Part shown: piece after piece, positions 1-12,635 of the stretch
Layout: the number at the start of each line of letters is the position of its first letter
Position numbering within the stretch: the first letter of the stretch is position 1
From: Demequinaceae bacterium
GTDB lineage: Bacteria > Actinomycetota > Actinomycetes > Actinomycetales > Demequinaceae
Assembly (NCBI GenBank): GCA_965250005.1
Contig: OZ252279.1
Location: 1,290,001-1,322,000, forward strand
Length of the DNA: 32,000 bases
Direction of reading: 5' to 3'
Position numbers and translations under genes: made by a program
The notes under the pieces: model-generated
Told to the model about the DNA's origin: nothing
Seen by the model: the letters and a program-made list of their open reading frames with translations, nothing else
The model's database searches: none

Positions 1-47
1 TCGTTCCAGTTTGGTCGCAGCCACGCGCGGCGGGTATCCTCGTCCAC

Positions 48-137
48 GGTGGCGTGTCCGAGCGGCCTAAGGAGCACGCCTCGAAAGCGTGTGTGGGGGA
101 AACTCCACCGTGGGTTCAAATCCCACCGCCACCGCCA
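48..137 (+). tRNA. tRNA-Ser(CGA), CCA encoded
   Basis: Acceptor GGTGGCG/CGCCACC, long class II variable arm, T-arm GTGGG-TTCAAAT-CCCAC, anticodon loop CTCGAAA; discriminator G134 then CCA 135-137. Confidence 0.95.
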
Positions 138-189
138 CATGAGCCCGGCTCGCGCCACGCGACGCGCGTCGGGCTCAGTGCGTTCCGCG

Positions 190-624
190 CTAAGCCGCCG
201 TGCTAGCGATTCCGAAACTCGTAGTGAAGACGATAAGGATCGCCCAGCCGAGGATCCCCAGGTAGCCCATAACGAGCGCGGCCCGCGCAAGCCCGCCGCC
301 CGCCTCGCCTGTCCTGCCCACCGCGATCAGCGCTCTGTGACCCAGGATGACGGCGATAATGCTGACCACGGGGATGATCCCGAGCAGCGACATAACGAAC
401 GCGATGATGGCCGACACGTTGGTGCTTGGGCGCGCCGGGAAGGTGCCGGGCGCGCCCGGCCCGACGGCGGCGGTGGCGGATCGGTTGGGCGCGGCCGGGG
501 CACCTGCGCCCGCGGTTGACTGTCCACCATAGAATCCAGGGGCCGAAGCCGCGGGAGGGGTCGGCACCCGCTCGCCGGGTTCTGGAGGGGGCGCGAACGG
601 GTTTGAGTCGCCAGCTTCATTCAC
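190..624 (-). CDS. DUF4190-like small membrane protein
   Basis: 144-aa ORF; Pro-rich N-terminus followed by AIIAFVMSLLGIIPVVSIIAVILGHRAL...GGGLARAALVMGYLGILGWAIL, the typical DUF4190 two-TM pattern. Confidence 0.85.
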   Translation of the reverse strand: MNEAGDSNPFAPPPEPGERVPTPPAASAPGFYGGQSTAGAGAPAAPNRSATAAVGPGAPGTFPARPSTNVSAIIAFVMSLLGIIPVVSIIAVILGHRALIAVGRTGEAGGGLARAALVMGYLGILGWAILIVFTTSFGIASTAA

Positions 625-637
625 GATTGCTCCAGTC

Positions 638-1351
638 CTAGGCTACGTCAGACGCAGGCGAAACGGTGGGGTCCGGGGTGACAAGCGGCACGGTCGGGTC
701 AACGGGAAGTGTCTTGGGCCCGGGCTCGGCGACGATGAACTTGGCCGCCCGGCACGCTGACGCCGCCGACAACGGGATGTCAGCGTCGAGCTCCTCGGCA
801 GAGAGCAGTCGCAGCGACTTCTCGTCGTAAAGAAGTCCGAGCACCACATCGACCGTCCTGCCGTCGCGTGTGTCCAGCACAAGTTCCGACTCGACGAAGT
901 GGCGTGCAACTGTGTACGCCTGAGCGACGCCCTCTTCGCCAAAGCTGATCCTCACAACGCCGTCGTACTCACCCTTGCTCCAGTTGGTGGCGCCTCCGCT
1001 GATGAAGCCGCGACCAATCATGTCGCCGAGCGCGGTGCCAGCGAGACCCGACACCTTAGTGCTGTTGAGCACGCGAACAACCGTCTCTCCGGCTGGAAGC
1101 GGCAACGTGTCCGCGGGCGGACATGCCAGCGTGATCTCGCTGCCGAAGTCCCCGGCGATGGTGATGATCGGCTCTGAAAAGGGTCCAGCCGTTCGCTCTG
1201 AATAGACCGATGCAGCGCCAAAAGCAACAGTGCCGAGCCCAATGAGCATCAACCCAAACAACAACAGCTGGCGTTCGCGGCGCCGCCTCTTGAGCACCTG
1301 ACGGCGCGTTCGCATGGTCGACGTTGTCGGCTTGGGAGTCTTGTCGTTCAC
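638..1351 (-). CDS. LytR C-terminal domain-containing protein, membrane anchored
   Basis: 237-aa ORF; Arg-rich N-terminus, one TM (LLLFGLMLIGLGTVAFGAASVY) and a LytR_C-like VRVLNSTKVSGLAGTALGDMIGRGF segment. Confidence 0.75.
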   Translation of the reverse strand: MNDKTPKPTTSTMRTRRQVLKRRRRERQLLLFGLMLIGLGTVAFGAASVYSERTAGPFSEPIITIAGDFGSEITLACPPADTLPLPAGETVVRVLNSTKVSGLAGTALGDMIGRGFISGGATNWSKGEYDGVVRISFGEEGVAQAYTVARHFVESELVLDTRDGRTVDVVLGLLYDEKSLRLLSAEELDADIPLSAASACRAAKFIVAEPGPKTLPVDPTVPLVTPDPTVSPASDVA

Positions 1352-1378
1352 GGCACAACCCTAATCGAGACTGAACCT

Positions 1379-1466
1379 TGGCGGAGGATAGGGGATTCGA
1401 ACCCCTGAGGGCTTGCACCCAACACGCTTTCCAAGCGTGCGCCATAGGCCACTAGGCGAATCCTCC
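1379..1466 (-). tRNA. tRNA-Ser(GGA), CCA encoded
   Basis: Reverse complement GGAGGAT...ATCCTCC acceptor, anticodon loop TTGGAAA, long variable arm, T-arm AGGGG-TTCGAAT-CCCCT, discriminator G then CCA. Confidence 0.94.
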
Positions 1467-1558
1467 AAGGCCATTGATGTTACTAGAGCAACGCACACCT
1501 ACCGAACCGCGTGCCCGCGGCTTCCCTAAACGGCTCCAAACACGTCGATTTACGTGGC

Positions 1559-1564
1559 TAGACT
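1559..1564 (+). promoter_or_regulatory. candidate -10 element for the SRP RNA
   Basis: TAGACT located 7 nt before the predicted RNA 5' end; no strong -35 hexamer, so weak evidence. Confidence 0.3.
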
Positions 1565-1571
1565 TGTGCAC

Positions 1572-1660
1572 GGCCCCTCACGCGACGCCACCTTTCGGAA
1601 CTCCCCCAGGGCAGAAATGCAGCAAGGGTACGGAAGCTCTGGTGGGTGCGTGGGGGGTCC
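1572..1660 (+). ncRNA. ffs: Bacterial small SRP RNA (4.5S RNA)
   Basis: Apical motif CAGG-GCA-GAAA-TGC-AGCAAGGG (GNRA tetraloop with SRP asymmetric loop); basal helix GGCCCCTCACGC pairs with GCGTGGGGGGTCC; position directly upstream of dnaX and next to tRNA-Ser is typical. Ends approximate. Confidence 0.88.
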
Positions 1661-1716
1661 TTTGCGTTGCTAACTAGTTCCGGCCGATGCGGTTGTGGGC
1701 GGCCTGGCCTAGAGTC

Positions 1717-3666
1717 ATGTCTGTGACTATTGCGCTCTATCGCCGCTACCGGCCGGACACCTTTGCGGAAGTCGTCGGCCAGGAGCACGTCACCGACCCA
1801 CTCCGGCAGGCGCTCAGGGCCGATCGAGTCAATCACGCGTACCTGTTTAGCGGGCCGCGGGGCTGCGGGAAAACCACCTCAGCGCGCATTCTCGCTCGGT
1901 GTCTCAACTGCGTAGAAGGGCCCACGGACACGCCGTGTGGCGTGTGCGACTCGTGCGTCGAACTCGCGCGCGGCGGTTCTGGCTCGGTTGACGTGGTCGA
2001 GATCGACGCCGCTTCCCACAACGGCGTGGACGACGCGCGCGAACTTCGCGAGCGCGCCGCGTACGCGCCGGCACGGGACAAGTACAAGATCTTCATTTTG
2101 GACGAGGCCCACATGGTGACGCCCCAGGGCTTCAACGCGCTGCTCAAATTGGTCGAGGAGCCGCCACCACACGTGCGGTTCATCTTCGCGACCACGGAGC
2201 CAGAGAAAGTCATCGGAACCATCCGGTCTCGGACGCACCACTATCCGTTCCGGTTGGTTCCGCCAGCCGTGCTCACGGCCTACCTCGCCACGCTATGCGA
2301 GTCCGAAGAAGTCAGTGTCGAGGCCGGCGTTCTGCCGCTCGTGGTAAGAGCCGGCGGCGGCTCCGTCCGCGACTCCCTGTCGGTGCTCGACCAACTCATG
2401 GCCGGATCGGACGCAGCGGGCGTCACCTATCTGCGCGCCATTACCCTGCTGGGCTTCACTGAAGGCACCCTGCTGGACGACGCGGTCGATGCCATCGCTG
2501 CGGCCGACGGCGCGTCGCTATTCGCCGTGGTGCAGCGCGTGATCCAGACGGGCCACGAGCCGCGCAGATTCGTCGAGGACTTGCTCGAACGGCTTCGCGA
2601 CCTGCTCGTGCTTGCTGCGTCAGGGGAAGCCGGCGTAAAGGCCCTAGGCGAGCACCCCGAAGATCAACTCGACCGCATGCGCGACCAGGCGCGCCGTCTT
2701 GGCCTCGCGCGGGCGTCACGGGCCGGGGACCTGATCAACGACGCACTCACGTCCATGGTTGGCGCCACGTCGCCGCGACTGCACCTCGAACTCTTGTGCG
2801 CCCGCTTGCTCGCCTCTGAGGGCGCTGGGGCGTCCACGGCACCCGAAGCGCCTAGTTCGGGAACTCCAGCCGCCCCAACCGTCACAACCGCTATTGCCGC
2901 GAGCGAACCTGCGGCTTCCCGGCGCGCGCGACGCCCGAAGGTCAAAGCTGAGAGCCAGGCGAAAGCGCAAACGCCATCGAGTACGCTGGTGCCGCCAGCA
3001 CCGGCAGACGCCCTCACCGCGACTCCGCCTCCACCGCCCGCGCCTGTGGACGTACCGGATTCGCCCGCAGCCACCCAACAACCTGCCGGTCCTGCCCAGA
3101 TATCTGAAGCGCCCGGCGAGACCTCCCCGGCTCCGCCAACCGAAGGCCAGGATGACGCGGAACTCATCCGGCGTAGGTGGACCGAGGTGCTCGGCACGCT
3201 CGAGCGACACCGCGTCACCTGGGTCCTCGTCAGCCAGAGCGCTCAGGTCGCCGGTGTTACCGGTTCCGAACTCCAGCTCGCGTTCGCTAGCCCGCAGCTC
3301 GCCGAGCGATTCAACGGTGGGGCCCACGCAGAGAACGTCACGCTTGCGGTGCGCGAGACGCTGGGGCTACAACTCCGAGTGACGGGCGCCGCGGGCCCCG
3401 GCGAAGAGCCGCGAGCTACCGCACCCGTTCCCGCCGCAACCGATCGTCCGCCAGCGCCGGCGGCCACCAAGAGCGAGGGTTCCTTGGCCGCCAAATTGAA
3501 ATCCGCCAGCAAACCCGCAGCCAAAAGCGACGCACCTCCAGCACCAGCGGACCATGAATCTGAGAACGTCAGCAAGCATGACGCAACTGCCGAAGGCGCG
3601 GGACTGACCGCACCCGACGTCGTCGCGCAATTGCTTGGCGGCACCGTGGTCGAAGACGACGCCTAG
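1717..3666 (+). CDS. dnaX: DNA polymerase III subunits gamma and tau
   Basis: ALYRRYRPDTFAEVVGQEHVTDPL, Walker A GPRGCGKTTSARILAR, Zn-binding cysteines CLNCVEGPTDTPCGVCDSC, IFILDEAHM. ORF track starts at 1687; M at 1717 (MSVTIALYRRYRP) fits family starts better. Confidence 0.96.
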   Translation: MSVTIALYRRYRPDTFAEVVGQEHVTDPLRQALRADRVNHAYLFSGPRGCGKTTSARILARCLNCVEGPTDTPCGVCDSCVELARGGSGSVDVVEIDAASHNGVDDARELRERAAYAPARDKYKIFILDEAHMVTPQGFNALLKLVEEPPPHVRFIFATTEPEKVIGTIRSRTHHYPFRLVPPAVLTAYLATLCESEEVSVEAGVLPLVVRAGGGSVRDSLSVLDQLMAGSDAAGVTYLRAITLLGFTEGTLLDDAVDAIAAADGASLFAVVQRVIQTGHEPRRFVEDLLERLRDLLVLAASGEAGVKALGEHPEDQLDRMRDQARRLGLARASRAGDLINDALTSMVGATSPRLHLELLCARLLASEGAGASTAPEAPSSGTPAAPTVTTAIAASEPAASRRARRPKVKAESQAKAQTPSSTLVPPAPADALTATPPPPPAPVDVPDSPAATQQPAGPAQISEAPGETSPAPPTEGQDDAELIRRRWTEVLGTLERHRVTWVLVSQSAQVAGVTGSELQLAFASPQLAERFNGGAHAENVTLAVRETLGLQLRVTGAAGPGEEPRATAPVPAATDRPPAPAATKSEGSLAAKLKSASKPAAKSDAPPAPADHESENVSKHDATAEGAGLTAPDVVAQLLGGTVVEDDA

Positions 3667-3734
3667 CCATCAGCGGCGACCCCTCACGTCGCGCCTGAAC
3701 AGATGGCACTGCCGAGCGGCTTACCCTGGTCAAC

Positions 3735-4331
3735 ATGTACGACGGTGCAGTGCAAGATCTAATTGACGAGCTCGGCCACCTTCCCGGGGTCGGGCCAAAG
3801 AGCGCACAACGAATCGCTTTTCACATCCTCTCGACCGACCGCGCCGATGTCGATCGGCTCGCTGTCGCGTTGACTGAGGTCAAGGACAGGGTGCGTTTCT
3901 GCGAGACCTGTGGCAACGTCGCCGAGGCAGAACAGTGCAAGATCTGCGCGGACGAGCGCCGCTCGACCGACATACTGTGCGTGGTCGAAGAGCCAAAGGA
4001 CGTGATGGCAATTGAGCGCACACGCGAATTCCGAGGCAGATATCACGTGCTCGGCGGCGCGATCGATCCCATGTCAGGCGTCGGCCCAGATGATCTCAGG
4101 ATCAAAGAGCTGCTCAGCCGCCTCGGGGACAAAGCCATTTCTGAAGTCATCATCGCGACGGACCCAAACATCGAGGGCGAAGCCACCGCCACATATCTGA
4201 CACGCATGCTCACTCCGCTCGGAGTGACGGTCTCGCGGCTCGCGTCGGGGTTGCCTGTTGGCGGAGACCTCGAGTACGCGGACGAGGTCACCTTGGGACG
4301 TGCGCTCGAAGGGCGAAGGGTCGTCAGCTAA
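3735..4331 (+). CDS. recR: Recombination mediator protein RecR
   Basis: 198 aa; [24 protein letters not shown], zinc finger [55 protein letters not shown]. Confidence 0.97.
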   Translation: MYDGAVQDLIDELGHLPGVGPKSAQRIAFHILSTDRADVDRLAVALTEVKDRVRFCETCGNVAEAEQCKICADERRSTDILCVVEEPKDVMAIERTREFRGRYHVLGGAIDPMSGVGPDDLRIKELLSRLGDKAISEVIIATDPNIEGEATATYLTRMLTPLGVTVSRLASGLPVGGDLEYADEVTLGRALEGRRVVS

Positions 4332-4585
4332 GCGACGCGCGTCCCCGCGGCGAGCGTTCCGTGCGGGACCGCGACAGATACCGTGCCATCGTCGGGGCTG
4401 AGTAGCCCCGACAACATCAGCATCAACGTGGTCTTGCCCGAACCGTTGGGGCCAATGAGTGCGGTCACGCTTCCCGAGGGGACCGAGAGCGATGCGTCAA
4501 CCACCGCTCGCACGCTGCCAAATGTGCGGCGCAGGCCGCGGGCTTCGATTCCAACCGTGGCCTTCGTCTCGCGCGAACTACTCAT
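4328..4585 (-). pseudogene. Truncated ABC transporter ATP-binding protein
   Basis: [58 protein letters not shown] has Walker A, but the ORF ends about 20 aa later; no Q-loop, LSGGQ or Walker B. ORF track extends to 4651; M at 4585 is the likely start. Confidence 0.8.
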
Positions 4586-4666
4586 GTCAGTCACAACGAC
4601 CAACCTATGACAGACTGTTGGGTCGCGCTTGTTAGCGCCAGCCCCGCTCAAGCTGAGTTTGAGCGA

Positions 4667-6202
4667 CTAACTTACCTTCCCCGTGGACGCGGGCTTCGCC
4701 TTCGGGCTGGCTTTGGTCTTCTTCGCAGCGCTAGCACTGACGGTCGACGGCGCAGCCGTCCACCGCACCCGCATCAGCCCAACCGAAGCAGCAATGAACA
4801 GGACGAGCACGGGGAGCACCTCAATGAGCATCCTGTTGAGCGAGTCGTACAGGAACACGTGGTACGCGCCATCTCGAGCGTAGGCGAGGACAAATACGAG
4901 CGGAATGAACGTGGTCCACGGATACCTGAGCGCCTCGCTTCCTGCGAACCGGCCCGCGGCTAGCAGCCCCAGCCCGACGGCAAAGTACACCCACACAGTC
5001 CAGCCCCACACGCCATCGAAAGGAGAAAACAGTGTGCTCGCCGCCGCAAGGCTGTCCTCAAGGATTGCCGAGTCGCGCAGTGCGAGCGCACCGAGTAGTG
5101 CCCACAGGCCCAACTCGCCCGCCGCAGGCAACCAGCGCCGGAGTTCTCCAAGCGACGCCTTCAACGCCGCGAGGCCAGCGCCAAGCGCCACCACGGCCAC
5201 CGCGCCAAGCACAAGTGACGACAACGGCGCCGTCTCGTCCCGCGACAAGGCTCTGGCGACGACGAAGGTGTTCCACACGAGCACGGAGCCTCCGAACGAA
5301 AACAGCACCGCCGCCATCGGGCGCCCCTTCGCCTCCGCGCGCGCGACATACGGGAACAACGCGAGGGCAATCAGAGGTGCGCCCTCTGCGCGCGTGACGA
5401 CGGCCGCGGGGATCAACACCGCCATCACCAGTGCGAGCGTGATGTGTGGAACTGGCGCCTTGGAGATCGCCAGCCACGCGCATCCGGCAACGGCCATCAC
5501 GACCGCACCAACGAGGAGGTGCCCGTTGATGTAGAGAGCGTGAAAGTCGAACCGATTGACGGTCGCAAGTGCCGCGGCTCCGAGTCCCCCGAAAACTCCT
5601 GCGGTGATCGCGTCGCGTCGTCCGTCGAACCCTCGGAGTAATAGCCATACGAGCGTGGCAAGGCTCGCAAGCGCGATCAGAGGCGTGGCCGACCGCATGT
5701 AGTACGAGCCGTCAATCCCGGACATCGCGTGCAGATACGGCACGCCAATAAGTCGCGTTTCGATCAGTGAGAGGCGCACCTCCTCGTCATAGCCGCCGCC
5801 TGCGAGCAACTGCCCAAGGTTCAAGTAATCGAAGGAGTCCACATGCCACTTGACGAGGTTCTGACCAACAAAGACAAACACCAAGCTAAGCGCGGCGGCA
5901 GCTCCCAGACCGACGTCGCGCCAATGAACGCGGAGGGCAGTATCATCCTTTGCCGACGCCACCCACCAAACCGTCGCTCCGGCCAAACTCAGTGCCAGTG
6001 CTATCAGCGGATGGTTAGGAAGCGGCGTCACCACGAGCACGAGCCCGACCGCGATGTACGCCGCCACGCCAAGCAGGAATCCCATGGGGCCTACCACCCA
6101 GCCCCGGAGCCCAGACAGCCGCGCCATCGCGGCACCAGAAACTAGCCAACCAAGGACAACCAGACTCTCGAGGATCATGGCTTCACCTCTGGGGCATACC
6201 AA
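4667..6202 (-). CDS. Polytopic membrane protein, large subunit of duplicated module (copy 1); possibly GT-C-like
   Basis: 511 aa, many hydrophobic segments; paralogous by eye to the 494-aa ORF at 9271-10755 (WHVDS/WHIDS, VTRAEG, WNT, DSLNRMLIEV motifs). Confidence 0.85.
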   Translation of the reverse strand: MVCPRGEAMILESLVVLGWLVSGAAMARLSGLRGWVVGPMGFLLGVAAYIAVGLVLVVTPLPNHPLIALALSLAGATVWWVASAKDDTALRVHWRDVGLGAAAALSLVFVFVGQNLVKWHVDSFDYLNLGQLLAGGGYDEEVRLSLIETRLIGVPYLHAMSGIDGSYYMRSATPLIALASLATLVWLLLRGFDGRRDAITAGVFGGLGAAALATVNRFDFHALYINGHLLVGAVVMAVAGCAWLAISKAPVPHITLALVMAVLIPAAVVTRAEGAPLIALALFPYVARAEAKGRPMAAVLFSFGGSVLVWNTFVVARALSRDETAPLSSLVLGAVAVVALGAGLAALKASLGELRRWLPAAGELGLWALLGALALRDSAILEDSLAAASTLFSPFDGVWGWTVWVYFAVGLGLLAAGRFAGSEALRYPWTTFIPLVFVLAYARDGAYHVFLYDSLNRMLIEVLPVLVLFIAASVGLMRVRWTAAPSTVSASAAKKTKASPKAKPASTGKVS

Positions 6203-6807
6203 TCGGTGAGGGACGCCTCGATGATCAGGTTCTGGTAGTCGAACGTTGAGCCCTCACGGGCCTCCGGCACGTGGAGCATGATAAACACCCGGGGTGGCAC
6301 CGGTTCGGCGCCAGCCCGCGCCTCCGCAAGAGCCTCGAAGACGAACGCATCAGTGCTCGACCCGGGCGCCACGACGCCGTTTTTCGGGTCAACAATGACA
6401 AGCCACGGCGCGCCGAATCCTGAGGCTCCTTGGCCGCTTGCAACGATCTGGCCACCCGGGCGAATGTTGGCAAGGAGCGCGCTGCCGTCGCCCGGCCAGG
6501 CCACGATCTCCGCGGAGTGAGCCAGCGCCATGAGTCTCAACGAATTCTCGTGCGCGCCCGCGCCGCCGACCTCAGGGATGACGAAAGTTGAGCCCGGCGC
6601 TATTTGCGCGAGCGCCACGTAGAGGTCGTAGCGCGCGCGTGAGTTGATGTCTGTGATCAGCGCTATCTCGAGAACCTCATCGTGGGGGTACTGCTCGAAC
6701 CCTTGGAAGTTGTGAGGCAATTTGTCATCGAGGTTTTGGAAGCCCACCAGATTCACGGTGATCAGCGCCCCCAGTAGTAACGCGCCCGGCAATCGAGACC
6801 GCAGCAT
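6175..6807 (-). CDS. Single-TM exported protein, small subunit of duplicated module (copy 1)
   Basis: Trimmed from the 6175..7068 ORF to M at 6807 (MLRSRLPGALLLGALITVNLVGFQNLDD), giving 210 aa that matches the 208-aa paralog at 10752-11378. Overlaps the start of the downstream membrane protein by 28 nt. Confidence 0.8.
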   Translation of the reverse strand: MLRSRLPGALLLGALITVNLVGFQNLDDKLPHNFQGFEQYPHDEVLEIALITDINSRARYDLYVALAQIAPGSTFVIPEVGGAGAHENSLRLMALAHSAEIVAWPGDGSALLANIRPGGQIVASGQGASGFGAPWLVIVDPKNGVVAPGSSTDAFVFEALAEARAGAEPVPPRVFIMLHVPEAREGSTFDYQNLIIEASLTDWYAPEVKP

Positions 6808-6966
6808 CGCGGGCTGCCAGAGAGAATTCTCCACTGAAGTCTCCAAGCCTGAGGATCGGCCCGACGCTACCACAACGTCCCGCCGGGTTTCTGGCGCAAG
6901 CGCGCTACGCACTACAATTGGCGACGCGGGCAGTCGCCGGCACCGTCCCGTCTCCTGGAGCAAACG

Positions 6967-10751
<3,785 letters not shown>

Positions 10752-10755
<4 letters not shown>

Positions 10756-11378
10756 GACGCACTCCCGGCGCCAGTCGCCTCATCAAGCAGCGACGCCTCA
10801 ATGTAGAGGCGCTGGTAATTCCAGCTGCTCCCCTCGCGCGGCACCGGCCAGTGCACGTAGACGAACTCTCGTGCGCCCAGGTAGAAGCTGACATCTCCCG
10901 CCAAGGCGAGGCTCAGAAACGCCTCAGGGTCAACAGCGGAGGCTTCGGCGTCTTCGACAAGCACCATCCACGGCGCTCCTCGCCAGCCACCAGGGCCAGC
11001 AGCGATCACATTTCTTGTCACGTCCAATCCGGACAATTGATCTGCGCTTGACCCCTGGTGCCAGACGATTTGCGCTACTGCTCCAAACGAATACATGCGT
11101 TGACGCGTCGGGAGATCTCCAGCGAGCTCCGGCGCGCTCATGGTGACCGTCGATCCCGGAGCAATGAGGCCGACCACGGCGTGCGGCGAATACCGCGACC
11201 GGGCATTGGGGTCGAGCCGGACTGAGGCGGCGAGAATTCCCGGGTCCTCCTGCGCGTGGATCGCCCGAAAATAGATCCCGGCGCGGCTCTCGAGGTCCTG
11301 GAACGAATTCAGATTAGCGATCACTACGAGAGCCAGGCCAGCGCTCAGGAACATCGTCGCTGTGGAAAGTGACCTCAC
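10752..11378 (-). CDS. Single-TM exported protein, small subunit of duplicated module (copy 2)
   Basis: 208 aa; N-terminal TM then NLNSFQDLES...LDPNARSRY...LIAPGSTV...GAPWMVLVED...REGSSWNYQRLYIEASL, shared with copy 1. ATGA overlap with the downstream gene. Confidence 0.86.
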
Positions 11379-11552
11379 GAGCGATCCTCGTTTCCTGGCT
11401 GTTGTCGCTCAACCAAAAGTATTGCCACGCAGCGAGCACTCATCATACGTGGCGCCCACACGGCCGTATTCACTGAGCATCCGACTTGACCAGACCCGAG
11501 CGGGCTTGTGAACTACTGGCCAGGCGCATCGTCCGCAGTGAGGCCGCAATAT

Positions 11553-11627
<75 letters not shown>

Positions 11628-11723
11628 ATTGCCGACCGCAGTTCAGCGGTGAGGCGAAGTAAGGATAGCCGACGGAGGCTCCAGAAGTGAAACCAGCGTG
11701 GTGCCGCACATCTCTCGCAACAT

Positions 11724-12629
11724 CTAGGCCGCGACCAACTCAAGCAGCGTGGCCTCAGGCCTGCACGCGAACCTTACGGGCGCGTAGGGCGATGTCCCGG
11801 CGCCCGCCGAGACATGAAGCCAGCGGGACGCTTCACCACGAGGCATGTCGGGCCTCGGGCCCGGCCATCCGTGGAGCCCACGTGCGCGACCGCGGTCCAA
11901 ATCGCAGTTCGTGACGAGCGCACCTACACCTGGTATGCGAACCTGCCCGCCGTGCGTGTGTCCCGCCAGCATCAGCGTTGCGCCGTCAGCACCTAGCGCC
12001 TGCAACGCCCGTACGTAGGGCGCATGGACAACGCCAATGTGGAGCGCCGATGCGGCGGGCGCTGAGGGTGGAATCTTGTCTCGCTTGATGTGGGGGTCGT
12101 CCATGCCAACAAAGCTCAGCGCCACACCGCGAAGTTCAAAGTGCGCACGTCCGTTATTGAGGTCGCGCCAGCCCGCTTGAGCGAACTGGGCAACCATCGC
12201 GTCCGTAGGAAGGCGCTCAGGGTTGCGCGCGATGCGTGTCGGAGCCCGAAAGTATGTGAATGGGTTCTTGAGAGTTGGCGCGAAGTAGTCATTCGAGCCG
12301 TTCACGAAGACGCCCGGCAGGGCGAGTAGCGGGGCGAGCGCCTCGCACAACGGGTCAACGGCATCTACATGAGCAAGATTGTCGCCCGTGTTTACAACCA
12401 GGTCTGGTTCGAGTGCACCAAGAGACCGGACCCATTTCGCCTTTGCTGTCTGACGCGGAGTGAGGTGAAGGTCTGAGATGTGGAGCACCCGTAGCGTCGG
12501 CGTCCCGGGTGGCAAGACGGGTACCCGCACCTGCCGCGTCGTGAATGCCCTTGCTTCAAGCGCTCCCCAGGTCAGACCCGTTGCTCCCATCGCACCAACC
12601 CCCAGGGCCACCTGGGCGAGAATATTCAT
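11724..12629 (-). CDS. Metallophosphoesterase (calcineurin-like)
   Basis: LRVLHISDLHLTP, DLVVNTGDNLAH, FVNGSNDYF, IGVVHAPY, LMLAGHTHGGQVRIP motifs. Confidence 0.93.
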   Translation of the reverse strand: MNILAQVALGVGAMGATGLTWGALEARAFTTRQVRVPVLPPGTPTLRVLHISDLHLTPRQTAKAKWVRSLGALEPDLVVNTGDNLAHVDAVDPLCEALAPLLALPGVFVNGSNDYFAPTLKNPFTYFRAPTRIARNPERLPTDAMVAQFAQAGWRDLNNGRAHFELRGVALSFVGMDDPHIKRDKIPPSAPAASALHIGVVHAPYVRALQALGADGATLMLAGHTHGGQVRIPGVGALVTNCDLDRGRARGLHGWPGPRPDMPRGEASRWLHVSAGAGTSPYAPVRFACRPEATLLELVAA

Positions 12630-12635
12630 TCGCCC

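Noticed and set aside
49-519. 156-aa plus-strand ORF
   Set aside because: Begins inside tRNA-Ser and runs antisense to the DUF4190-like gene; Arg-rich composition typical of non-coding frames in high-GC DNA.
1056-1445. 129-aa minus-strand ORF
   Set aside because: Translates through tRNA-Ser(GGA) and out of frame through the LytR_C gene.
2759-3382. 207-aa ORF overlapping dnaX in another frame, possible programmed frameshift product
   Set aside because: Arg/Pro-rich composition fits a shadow frame of the Ala/Pro linker; I found no A AAA AAG-type slippery heptamer.
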